From positions 1,065 through 65,064 of the forward strand of contig JAAZAR010000159.1 of the NCBI GenBank assembly GCA_012514235.1: DNA of 64,000 bases. The letters run 5' to 3'. This document shows, piece after piece, positions 27,193-35,906 of this stretch. The stretch comes from Actinomycetota bacterium. Its GTDB lineage: Bacteria; Actinomycetota; Thermoleophilia; UBA2241. The notes under the pieces were generated by a model, which saw nothing but the letters and a program-made list of their open reading frames with translations, was not told the origin of the DNA and did not search any database. The position numbers and the translations under genes are program-made. The stretch's first letter is position 1, and the number at the start of each line of letters is the position of its first letter.

Positions 27193-28662
27193 GTGAGCGC
27201 GCCGCGACTGCAGGTCTTCATCGGCGCCCCGGAGGCATTCGCCCCTCGCGCCGCCTGGGTACTTGAGACGCTGCTGACGCCGCTTGGCGCCCGAGCCGCG
27301 GTGACCCGCGACCCGGCCGAGGCGAGCGGTGCGGCGCTGGCGTACGCCGCCGAGCCCGTCCCGGGCGTCCCGACGATCCCCTGCGACGTCGGCGCCATGG
27401 AGACGCTCGCCGCTCGGCGGCCGTTGGCTGCCGGCGCCTTCGCGGCCGTCGGGAGCGGCGACGGCGCGGCCGTGGCCGCCTGGCCGGCCGACCCCGGCGC
27501 CGGCTTCGCCGTCCCGTTCGACCTCGTCGCCTCGGCGTTCGTGCTGCTCGCCTGCTGGGACGAGCTCACCACCGCCGAGCGCGACCGGTACGGGCGACTC
27601 CCGTACTCGGCGAGCATCTTCGCCGCCAACCCTTTGCTGCGCATCGAGGAGCCGGCGGTGGACCGCTATGCCGAGCTCGTGCGCGGCGTGCTGGCGCCGC
27701 GCCTCGCCGAGCTCGGCCTCGCGCCGCTGCCGCCGGCCGGGAGCGTCTGGGGAGCGCGCGGCCGCTTCGCGATCGCGCTCACCCACGACCTCGACAACCT
27801 GTGGCGGTGGACCCGGCGCGGCTTCGCCGCCGCCGGCTACCGCACCGCCCGTGCCGTCCGGCACGGGAAGGGACGCGCCGTCCTCAGAGAGCTCGGAGAC
27901 GGCGCCGACTGGCTCGTCCGCCACCTGCCGCGTCGCACGGACCCGTTCTGGACGTTCCCGCTCATCCTTGACGGCGAAGACGCGCGAGGTGTCTCCTCCA
28001 CCTTCTACGTCATCGCCCGGCACACGCACCGGCAGGATGGTAACCAGCCGGAGACCTATCGGCGGCGCATCCCGGAGGCGCTCAAGCTCGTCACCTCAGC
28101 CGAGCGTGAGGTCGGCCTGCACGGCAACGACGCCGACCTGCGGTCGCTCGGCGGCCTCGAACGCGACCGGCACGCTCTCTCCGGGCGCGTCGGCCGCGCC
28201 GTCGAGGGCATCCGCTACCACTACCTGCGCGCCCTCTACCACGACACGCTGCCGATGCTCGATCAGGCGGGCTTCACCTACGACACATCCCTGGCGTTCG
28301 CCGAGCATGAGGGCTTCCGTTGCGGCTGCTCCTTCCCGTTCCACCCGTACCGGCTGGCCGACGAGCGTCCGCTCGACCTCGTCGAGCTGCCGCTCGCGGT
28401 GATGGACGGCACCCTGCAGGAGCCGCACTACCGTGGACTGAGCGCGGCGGACGCCGAGCCGGCTGCCGCCTCGGTGCTCGTCCGCGCTCTCCGGAGCGGG
28501 GGCGCGGTGAGCCTGCTGTGGCACAACAACCGCTTCGACAGACGGCTCTCGCGCGGCTACGACCGTGTGTACTGGCGTCTGGTGGACGAGGCCCTTGCGC
28601 ACGGCGCCTGGTGCACGAGCGCCGGCGAGATCGTGGCCCGCTGGAAGAAAGCCACAGCGTGA
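27193..28662 (+). CDS. polysaccharide-deacetylase-like protein (C-terminal half) with unknown N-terminal domain
   Basis: 'FAIALTHDLDNLW', 'STFYVIARH', 'EVGLHGND' and 'IRYHYL' resemble CE4/NodB-type motifs. This is a tentative recognition. Confidence 0.5.
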   Translation: MSAPRLQVFIGAPEAFAPRAAWVLETLLTPLGARAAVTRDPAEASGAALAYAAEPVPGVPTIPCDVGAMETLAARRPLAAGAFAAVGSGDGAAVAAWPADPGAGFAVPFDLVASAFVLLACWDELTTAERDRYGRLPYSASIFAANPLLRIEEPAVDRYAELVRGVLAPRLAELGLAPLPPAGSVWGARGRFAIALTHDLDNLWRWTRRGFAAAGYRTARAVRHGKGRAVLRELGDGADWLVRHLPRRTDPFWTFPLILDGEDARGVSSTFYVIARHTHRQDGNQPETYRRRIPEALKLVTSAEREVGLHGNDADLRSLGGLERDRHALSGRVGRAVEGIRYHYLRALYHDTLPMLDQAGFTYDTSLAFAEHEGFRCGCSFPFHPYRLADERPLDLVELPLAVMDGTLQEPHYRGLSAADAEPAAASVLVRALRSGGAVSLLWHNNRFDRRLSRGYDRVYWRLVDEALAHGAWCTSAGEIVARWKKATA

Positions 28663-29792
28663 TCCGGGTCCTGCATCTGAGCGTCGTCCACCGGCAGGAC
28701 GACCCACGCATCTACGAGCGCGAGTGCCGGACGCTGTCCGAGGCCGGCTACCAGGTGATGTACATGGCGCCCGGGGCGGAGGAGCGCCGCGACGACGTCG
28801 GCGTGGTCCTGGCGCCGCTGCCGCAGCGCAGCCGCAGCACCCGGTTCCTCAGCTCACGCGAGATCGTCCGGGCGCTGCTCAGGCTGCGCCCCCACGTCGT
28901 GCACGCCCACGATCCCGAGCTGCTCACCCTGTTCCCCGCCATAAGGAAGCTGGTGCCGCGGCTGGTCTACGACATGCACGAGTACGTACCGGAGGCGGTC
29001 GCCGGCAAGCCGTACATCCCCAGCCGCATCCGGCCGGTGGCCTCGCGGACGACGGCCGTCGCCCAGAGGAGCCTGGCGGCGCTGGGCTCGGGCGTCGTCG
29101 TGGTCACCGAGGATCAGCTGGCTGCCCTGGGGCCGAAGCCGGCGCTGCGGCTGGTGCTGCCCAACTACCCGCGCGTGGAGCGGTTCGAGGGCGCCGAGCC
29201 GGTCCCGGAGCTCGCCGCCGACCCGCGCCTCAAGCTGGTCTACGTGGGCAGCCTCTCGCGCGCCCGGGGCTGCACCATGATGCTCGACGTCATGGAGCGG
29301 CTCTCGCCGGATGAGGCGGTGCTCTACCTGGGCGGCACCTTCAACGATCCGGCACTCGAGCTGGAGGTCGGCGAGCGGCTCGCTTTGGGCCTCGCCGACC
29401 GCGTCACGCTCCTCGGGCGCATCCCGCCCCCGGAGCTGCCCCGCTACCTCGCGGCGGCCGACGTGGTCTGGGTACCGTCGCAGCCTGACCGCCAGTACAG
29501 CCACCCGACCATCCCGACCAAGCTGCTCGAAGGCATGACGATGGGGCTCGCCGCGCTGGTCAGCGACATGCCGGGGCGCGGCGAGCTCGTCCGCGAGGAG
29601 GGCTGCGGCGTCGCCGTCCCTCCGGGCGTGGAGGGCCACCTTGACGGCCTGCGGCGGCTCCTCGCCGGGCGCGCCGATCTGGCGGAGATGGGCGCTCGCG
29701 GCCGCTCCGCGGTCGAGCGCCTGTACAGCTGGGAGGCGACCCAGGGCGATTTGGTAGACTTTTACGGTTCGCTCTGCGCCGGGCTCGCCTGA
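28659..29792 (+). CDS. glycosyltransferase, GT4
   Basis: 'VIRVLHLSVVH', 'VHAHDPELL', and 'HPTIPTKLLEGMTMGLAALVSD'. It shares a GTGA overlap with the upstream gene. Confidence 0.8.
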   Translation: MIRVLHLSVVHRQDDPRIYERECRTLSEAGYQVMYMAPGAEERRDDVGVVLAPLPQRSRSTRFLSSREIVRALLRLRPHVVHAHDPELLTLFPAIRKLVPRLVYDMHEYVPEAVAGKPYIPSRIRPVASRTTAVAQRSLAALGSGVVVVTEDQLAALGPKPALRLVLPNYPRVERFEGAEPVPELAADPRLKLVYVGSLSRARGCTMMLDVMERLSPDEAVLYLGGTFNDPALELEVGERLALGLADRVTLLGRIPPPELPRYLAAADVVWVPSQPDRQYSHPTIPTKLLEGMTMGLAALVSDMPGRGELVREEGCGVAVPPGVEGHLDGLRRLLAGRADLAEMGARGRSAVERLYSWEATQGDLVDFYGSLCAGLA

Positions 29793-29854
29793 CGGCCACC
29801 CGGCGCCCAGCGACCACACGGGCGCCCGGCGCCTCATCAGAGGGAGATCCTCAC

Positions 29855-30493
29855 GTGAACATCGAGAGCTTCAAGAACGTCCTGGTCCTCGCCCCGCACA
29901 CGGACGACGGCGAGTTCGGGTGCGGCGGGACCATGGCACGCCTCATCGAGAACGGCGTCACGGTCACCTATGCCGCCTTCAGCACCGCCGCCAAGAGCGT
30001 TCCTGAGGGGTTCCCCAAGGACGTGCTCAAGCACGAGGTCAGGGCCGCCACCGGGGTGCTCGGCATCCCGCCAGAGGACCTCAAGGTGTACGACTTCGAG
30101 GTGCGGACCTTCCCCACGGTGCGACAGGACATCCTCGAGGAGATGATCGTCCTGCAGCGCGACCTCGACCCCGACTGCGTGCTGCTGCCGGCGCTCATCG
30201 ACCTCCATCAGGACCACAAGACGATCGCCGAGGAAGGCCTGCGGGCGTTCAAGCGGACGACCGTGCTGGCCTACGAGATCCCGTGGAACAACCTCAACTT
30301 CTCGCAGCAGGCCTACGTGCGGCTCGAGGAGCGGCACATCGAGAAGAAGGTGAAGGCCCTGCAGTGCTACGCCAGCCAGGGCCACCGCAACTACCTGAAC
30401 GAGGACTACATCCGCAACGTCGCCCTCACCCGCGGCATCAACATCAGCTGCGGCTACGCCGAGGTCTTCGAGGTCTACCGCTGGATCCTGTGA
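29855..30493 (+). CDS. PIG-L/LmbE-family N-acetyl-sugar deacetylase
   Basis: 'VLVLAPHTDDGEFGCGGT' (an AHPDDE-type zinc motif) and 'HQDHK'. The GTG start is preceded by AGAGGGAG. Confidence 0.85.
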   Translation: MNIESFKNVLVLAPHTDDGEFGCGGTMARLIENGVTVTYAAFSTAAKSVPEGFPKDVLKHEVRAATGVLGIPPEDLKVYDFEVRTFPTVRQDILEEMIVLQRDLDPDCVLLPALIDLHQDHKTIAEEGLRAFKRTTVLAYEIPWNNLNFSQQAYVRLEERHIEKKVKALQCYASQGHRNYLNEDYIRNVALTRGINISCGYAEVFEVYRWIL

Positions 30494-30541
30494 CCCTCAC
30501 CGCCGACCCTCGTTCCCTCGTCTGACCGCGCCGGAGACCGC

Positions 30542-31585
30542 ATGACGCTGCCGCCACTCAAGCTCGTCCTCACCGCCGCCGGCTGCCCCGGAGCCAGCAC
30601 GCTGATCCGCATGCTCAAGGCCAACGGCGAGCGGGAGATCGTCATCCACGGCGTGGACATGCGCCCCGACGCCGTGGGACGGTTCCTGTGCGACGGCTTC
30701 AGCATCGTCCCGCCGGGCGCCTCGCCGGACTACATCCAGGCGCTCGCCGAGGTGGTCGAGCGGGAGCGGCCGGACCTGCTCTTCGTCCAGAGCTCGCACG
30801 AGATCGAGACGGTGGCGCGCCACCGCGACGTGTTCGAGGCGCTCGGCGCCCGCGTCCTCGCGGACGGCGTGCGCGGCATCGAGATCGCCTCGGACAAGGC
30901 GGTCATGCATGCCGCCTGCTCCGAGATCCCGGTGCCGCAGCCGGTGCTGCTGCGGCCGGCGACCCTCGAGGAGTTCGTCGCCGGCGCCCACGAGCTCGGC
31001 TACCCGGACGTGCCCGTGTGCTTCAAGCCGCCGGTCGCCAAGGGATCGCGGGGCTTCCGCATCCTCTCGGCGGAGATCGACCGCGTCCACGAGCTGCTCC
31101 ACGAGAAGCCGATCAACCGCTACATGACGCTCGACGACTTCGTCGACCTCTTCACCGGCTACGAGCCGTTCCCGCAGCTCATGCTGATGGAGTACGTCGA
31201 CGCCCCCGAGATCACCGTCGACCTCTTCGCCGACAAGGGGGAGGTCGTCCTCTACCAGACGCGCACGAGAGAGGAGTTCCTCACCGGGCTCGCCATGGCC
31301 TTCAAGACCATCGACCGCCCGGACCTCGTGGAGCTGACGCGCAAGGTCGTACGGCACCTCGACCTGGACTACTACCAGAGCGTGCAGTGGATCGGCGGCA
31401 AGCTCCTGGAGATCAACCCACGCGTCAGTACGTTCGTGTACCAGGAGGACTTCATCATCCCGTACCTCGGCATCAAGTACACGCTCGGTGAGCTGGACGC
31501 CGACGACGTGGCCGACATCCAGGCGCGGGTGCGCACGAGCCGGCGTTCAGTACGCTACTACGACCAGGTCTTCTGGGACGACTGA
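30542..31585 (+). CDS. ATP-grasp domain protein (CPS-large-subunit-like ligase)
   Basis: 'KLVLTAAGCPGASTLIRMLK', 'VCFKPPVAKGSRGFRIL', 'LMLMEYVDAPEITVDLF' and 'KLLEINPRVS' follow the ATP-grasp pattern. Confidence 0.75.
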   Translation: MTLPPLKLVLTAAGCPGASTLIRMLKANGEREIVIHGVDMRPDAVGRFLCDGFSIVPPGASPDYIQALAEVVERERPDLLFVQSSHEIETVARHRDVFEALGARVLADGVRGIEIASDKAVMHAACSEIPVPQPVLLRPATLEEFVAGAHELGYPDVPVCFKPPVAKGSRGFRILSAEIDRVHELLHEKPINRYMTLDDFVDLFTGYEPFPQLMLMEYVDAPEITVDLFADKGEVVLYQTRTREEFLTGLAMAFKTIDRPDLVELTRKVVRHLDLDYYQSVQWIGGKLLEINPRVSTFVYQEDFIIPYLGIKYTLGELDADDVADIQARVRTSRRSVRYYDQVFWDD

Positions 31586-31631
31586 TGGAGCCGGCGGGCG
31601 GAGCCGAGCCGGCCGAGGAGGCGCACGGCAC

Positions 31632-32927
31632 GTGCACATCCTGTTCCTGACGCACTACTTCACGCCCGAGAACAACGCCCCGGCCGCGCGCGTGCACGGC
31701 ATGGCGCGGGAGTGGGCCCGCAGCGGGCACCGCGTCACGGTGCTGACCTGCGCGCCCAACGTCCCTGCGGGCGTCGTCTACGAAGGCTACAAGAACAAGC
31801 TGATCCAGCAGGAGTGGATCGACGGCATCCGTACGCTCCGCGTGTGGACGTGGCTGGCGGCCAACAAGGGGCGTGTGCGCCGCGGGCTGAACTACCTGTC
31901 GTATCTCGCCGCTGCCGGCGCGGCCGGTCCGCTCGTGAGGCCGCGCGCCGACGTCGTCATCGCCACCAGCCCGCAGTTCTTCGCCGGCTGGGCGGGCTGG
32001 CCGGTCGCCAGAGCCCACGGCGCCCCGTTCGTGCTCGAGATCCGGGACATCTGGCCGGACTCCATCGTCGCCGTCGGCGCCCTGCCCGACGGACGGATCA
32101 TCCGCACGCTCGCCAGGCTCGAGAAGGCGCTGTACGACGGCGCCGACCACATCGTCGCCGTCGGCGACGGCTACAGGATGAACATGATCCGCAAGGGCGT
32201 CGGACCGTCGAAGATCAGCGTGGTGACCAACGGCGTCGACGTAGACCTCTTCCAACCGCGCGAGCCTGACCGCGGATTGCGTGCGCGGCTCGGCCTCTCC
32301 GACGAGACGTTCGTCGTCACGTTCGCCGGCACCATCGGCATGGCCAGCGATCTCGGCGTGGTGCTCGACGCCGCCCGGCTGCTCCGCGGCGAGGGCCGCG
32401 ACGACATCGCCTTCCTGCTCGTCGGCGACGGTGCGCAGCGCGCCGACCTCGAAGCCCGGGCGCGCGCGGAGGGTCTCCCGAACGTCGTCTTCACCGGCCT
32501 CGTGCCGCGCCCGGAACTGCCCGCCTATCTGGCCAGCAGCGACGCCTGCCTCGCCCACTTCCGCAAGCAGGACCTCTTCCAGATGATCCTGCCCAACAAG
32601 TTCTTCGAGAACGCGGCCATGGAGCGACCGATCCTGCTCGGGTTCGAGGGCGAGGCGCGGGCGATGCTGCACGAGGCGGACTGCGGCATCGCCTTCGAGC
32701 CGTCCAACCCCGCGGCGCTGGCGGCGGCGGCCGAGCAGCTCGCCGACACCCCGCCGGAAGAGCGGCGGCGACTCGGCGAGAACGGCCGCCGCTACGTCCT
32801 CGAGCACTTCGACCGCCGCCGCCTGGCGCACGACTACCTCGAGATCCTCGAGCGCGTGCGCGCCGCCCACGCACGCGGCCGGCGGCGGGCTCCGTCAGCG
32901 ACGCCGCCGCCGACTGCGGTACCATGA
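31632..32927 (+). CDS. glycosyltransferase, GT4 (WbuB-like)
   Basis: 'VHILFLTHYFTPENNAPAARVHGMAREW', 'LEIRDIWPDS' and 'ILPNKFFENAAMERPILLG'. Confidence 0.85.
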   Translation: MHILFLTHYFTPENNAPAARVHGMAREWARSGHRVTVLTCAPNVPAGVVYEGYKNKLIQQEWIDGIRTLRVWTWLAANKGRVRRGLNYLSYLAAAGAAGPLVRPRADVVIATSPQFFAGWAGWPVARAHGAPFVLEIRDIWPDSIVAVGALPDGRIIRTLARLEKALYDGADHIVAVGDGYRMNMIRKGVGPSKISVVTNGVDVDLFQPREPDRGLRARLGLSDETFVVTFAGTIGMASDLGVVLDAARLLRGEGRDDIAFLLVGDGAQRADLEARARAEGLPNVVFTGLVPRPELPAYLASSDACLAHFRKQDLFQMILPNKFFENAAMERPILLGFEGEARAMLHEADCGIAFEPSNPAALAAAAEQLADTPPEERRRLGENGRRYVLEHFDRRRLAHDYLEILERVRAAHARGRRRAPSATPPPTAVP

Positions 32928-33835
32928 CCCGAAGCAATCAGCCTCCGGAGGAGCGCATGAGCGACGACACCACCATCGACGTCGGTTCCTGGTTCGCCAC
33001 GCTCGCCCGCGCGTGGTGGGTGATCGTCGGCCTCGTCGTGATCGGCGTGGTGGCTGGGGCGGTCGTCACGCTCGCCCAGCCGGACGAGTACACCGCCACG
33101 GCCTCCGTCTACATCGGCCAGACCACGGACGCCAACGGCAACGCCATGGCGGGCCTCAACTCCAATGCGAAGGCCGCGGTGCAACTGCTGTCCAGCCAGG
33201 TCGCGCTGAACGAAGCCGCGAAGCGCACGGGCATGGGCATCTCGGCGGGGCGACTGCGCAAGGAGACGACCATCGAGACACCGTCGTCGACGGTCAAGAC
33301 GTCCACCTCGGTCGTCAACATCATCGTCATCAGCGTGACGGACACCGACCCGGAGCGCGCCGCCGCAGCCGCCAACGCGCTCGCCGAGGTCCTGCTCGAC
33401 AAGCTCGAGTCGAGCGTGGACGAGAAGATCGCCCTGCTCCAGCGACAGCTGGAGGACCAGCAGGCGGACTATGACGCGGCCACCGCCCGCAGCGCCGCCG
33501 CCCAGAAGGCGCTGGACGCCATCGGCCGGGGCGGCGGCTCAGCCGCCGAGCAGGCCACGGCATCCGCCCCGTACCTGGTCCTCGTGCAGGCGGCGGCCAC
33601 CGAGAAGCAGTCGCTCACGTCGTCCATCCAGAAGACCCAGCTCCAGCTGCTCACGGCCACCCAGGTCGAGCAGCCGCGCGTGCTGCACGAGGCCGGTGTG
33701 CCGGACTCGCCCAGCGGGCCGAAGATGACGGTCAACGTGGCCGTCGGCGCCCTGGCCGGCTTCGTCATCGGCGTCATCGTCGCGTTCGCGCGCCGGGGCC
33801 TCGCGGAGCGGCGCGCCGCCCGAGCGGCAGCCTGA
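32924..33835 (+). CDS. Wzz-like polysaccharide co-polymerase (chain-length determinant), no kinase domain
   Basis: An N-terminal TM 'WWVIVGLVVIGVVAGAVV', a coiled-coil-like middle, and a C-terminal TM 'VNVAVGALAGFVIGVIVAF'. It has an ATGA overlap with the upstream gene. An alternative start at 32957 has a strong GGAGGAG SD. Confidence 0.7.
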   Translation: MTRSNQPPEERMSDDTTIDVGSWFATLARAWWVIVGLVVIGVVAGAVVTLAQPDEYTATASVYIGQTTDANGNAMAGLNSNAKAAVQLLSSQVALNEAAKRTGMGISAGRLRKETTIETPSSTVKTSTSVVNIIVISVTDTDPERAAAAANALAEVLLDKLESSVDEKIALLQRQLEDQQADYDAATARSAAAQKALDAIGRGGGSAAEQATASAPYLVLVQAAATEKQSLTSSIQKTQLQLLTATQVEQPRVLHEAGVPDSPSGPKMTVNVAVGALAGFVIGVIVAFARRGLAERRAARAAA

Positions 33836-33909
33836 GCTCGAGTCGCGACCCGTCGGGTCCCGCTCCCCCTCGGCGCAGGACCCGGAGCCGAGCGCGAGCA
33901 GCGGCGCCC

Positions 33910-34779
33910 TCAGCAGTCGTAGACGTCGGGGCGCCGATGCTGCAGCGACGGCACCTGCGCACGCACCTCGTCGAGGCGGGCCAGGTCAAGGTCGGCCACG
34001 CAGACGCCTGCGCCGTCCTCGACCTGGGCAAGCACGACGCCCCACGGGTCGACGATCATGCTGTGCCCGTAGCAGTCGCGCCCGGGCAGGTGCTCGCCGA
34101 CCTGGTTCGGGGCGAGCACGAAGCAGCCGTTCTCGATGGCGCGGGCACGCAGCAACACCTCCCAGTGGGCGGCGCCGGTGTAGGCGGTGAAGGCAGAGGG
34201 CACGCACAACACCTGCGCACCGCGCGACGCCAGGGAACAGTAGAGGCCGGGGAAGCGCAGGTCGTAGCAGATGGAGAGGCCGAGCCGCACCGTCGTGCCC
34301 TCCGGTGTGTCCACGTCCGCCGTGACGACTTCGGCGCCCGGCGCGACCTCCTCCGACTCCTCGTATCGTGCGGTCGCGGTGGTGACGTCGAAGAGGTGGA
34401 TCTTGCGGTACAGGGCGCGCTGCTCACCGGCAGGATCGAACAACGCCGAGACGTTGGAGACGAGTCCGCCGGCCGCCGGCTCGTAGACCGACCCGGCGAG
34501 CAGCCACACGCCGTGCCGCGCCGCAGCCGCCGCCACCGCGCGGTTGGAGGGCCCGCCGGGCGCCTCCGCCGTCGCGACGATGCCGTCACGGCGCCCCTTG
34601 TAGGCCCACGTCTCCGGAAGAGCGACGAGGCGGGCGCCCCTGTCTGCCGCCTCTTCCACCAGCGCGACAGCAGCACGCACGTTGGCGTCCACATCCTGTC
34701 GCGTGTTCATCTGGACGCAGGCGACCCGCAGGACGCGGGGGGCCGGTGAACCTCCGTGGCCTTCCGGTGCGGCGCTCAT
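33910..34779 (-). CDS. carbon-nitrogen hydrolase (nitrilase superfamily)
   Basis: An E-K-C triad context: 'LVALPETW', 'YRKIHLFD', '[10 protein letters not shown]'. Confidence 0.85.
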   Translation of the reverse strand: MSAAPEGHGGSPAPRVLRVACVQMNTRQDVDANVRAAVALVEEAADRGARLVALPETWAYKGRRDGIVATAEAPGGPSNRAVAAAAARHGVWLLAGSVYEPAAGGLVSNVSALFDPAGEQRALYRKIHLFDVTTATARYEESEEVAPGAEVVTADVDTPEGTTVRLGLSICYDLRFPGLYCSLASRGAQVLCVPSAFTAYTGAAHWEVLLRARAIENGCFVLAPNQVGEHLPGRDCYGHSMIVDPWGVVLAQVEDGAGVCVADLDLARLDEVRAQVPSLQHRRPDVYDC

Positions 34780-34798
34780 ACCCGCGCCTCCCAGGTCC

Positions 34799-35749
34799 TC
34801 ACTCGCATGTCCCGCGCGCGCAGGCCATCAGTGAAAGCAGTTCGTAGGCTACCGTGGCGGCGACGATCGCCGTGAGGTTGCTGCTGTCCAGCTCGGGGAC
34901 GACCTCCACGACATCGGCGCCGGCGAGGTCCAGCCCCCGACAGCCGCGGATCAGCGCCAGCGCCTGAGCGGAGGTCGGCCCGCCGATCTCCGGCGTGCCG
35001 ACCGCCGGCGCGAAGCCCGGGTCGAAGAAGTCGACGTCGACGGTCACGAACGCCTTGCTCGAGCCGATCTCGTCCACGGCGGCGGAGACGACGCCGGTGC
35101 CCAGCTGCGCGAGGTCGTCCCACGGGACGACCGTGAACCCGAGCTCGCGCGCCCGCTCGTACTCGTCCGGCGCGTCGAGCCCGCCGCGCATGCCGAGGAG
35201 GGCGGAACGCGACGCGTCGACGAGGCCCTCCTCCGCGGCGCGACGGATGACCGTGCTGTGGACGTGCGGCTCGTCCCCGCTCTCCTCCAGGCAGTCGGTG
35301 TGCGCTCCGAAGTGCAGCAGCGCGAGAGGCCCGTGCGCGGCGGCGGCAGCTCGCAGCTCGGCGAGGGTCACTGTGTGGTCGCCGCCGATGCCGAGCGGTA
35401 CGGCTTCGGCCTCGTGGACCTGGGACAGCGCGGACTGCATCGCCTCGAGACTGCGATCGGTGAAGCCGGCGATCACGCGAGCGTCCCCGCCGTCCACCAC
35501 CGAGAGCCGGTCGAACACGGCCACGCGCTGCGCCGGGTTGTAGGTGGGGTGCAGCGTGAGAGAAGCCTCGCGCACCGCGCGGGGTCCGAAACGGGCCCCC
35601 GTGCGCACGGCGAGGCCCGTGTCGAACGGCAGGCCGACGACGGCGACGTCCACGTCGTCGTACTGGGTGACGTGCGGCAGACGCAGGAACGTCGTCACGC
35701 CGGCGATCCGCGGCCCCCGCTCGCCGCCTTCCGGTCCGTATCCCTTCAT
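34799..35749 (-). CDS. ureohydrolase (arginase/agmatinase/guanidino-acid hydrolase family), non-canonical metal motif
   Basis: 'GIGGDHTV' and 'TVDVDFFDPGFAP' are canonical. The expected 'DAHxD' motif reads 'FGAHTD' (codons ttc gga gcg cac acc gac). Confidence 0.85.
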   Translation of the reverse strand: MKGYGPEGGERGPRIAGVTTFLRLPHVTQYDDVDVAVVGLPFDTGLAVRTGARFGPRAVREASLTLHPTYNPAQRVAVFDRLSVVDGGDARVIAGFTDRSLEAMQSALSQVHEAEAVPLGIGGDHTVTLAELRAAAAAHGPLALLHFGAHTDCLEESGDEPHVHSTVIRRAAEEGLVDASRSALLGMRGGLDAPDEYERARELGFTVVPWDDLAQLGTGVVSAAVDEIGSSKAFVTVDVDFFDPGFAPAVGTPEIGGPTSAQALALIRGCRGLDLAGADVVEVVPELDSSNLTAIVAATVAYELLSLMACARGTCE

Positions 35750-35784
35750 GGACTCCTCCCTCGCTCAAGCCGCCTCGCCGGCAC

Positions 35785-35790
35785 AGTCTA
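35785..35790 (-). promoter_or_regulatory. candidate -10 (TAGACT on minus strand) for the ureohydrolase operon
   Basis: The reverse complement reads GGTAGACT, about 35 nt upstream of the ATG. GGGAGGAG SD lies downstream. Confidence 0.25.
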
Positions 35791-35906
35791 CCGGCTGACC
35801 TCGACCGGGACACGACTGCCTAATCCTTTTGCGCGCTCTGCCGATAGGACTTGTGCGCGGGCCGGCGAAGTGAGGATGTGCCCGCAGGACGGCGGGGAGA
35901 AGCGGC

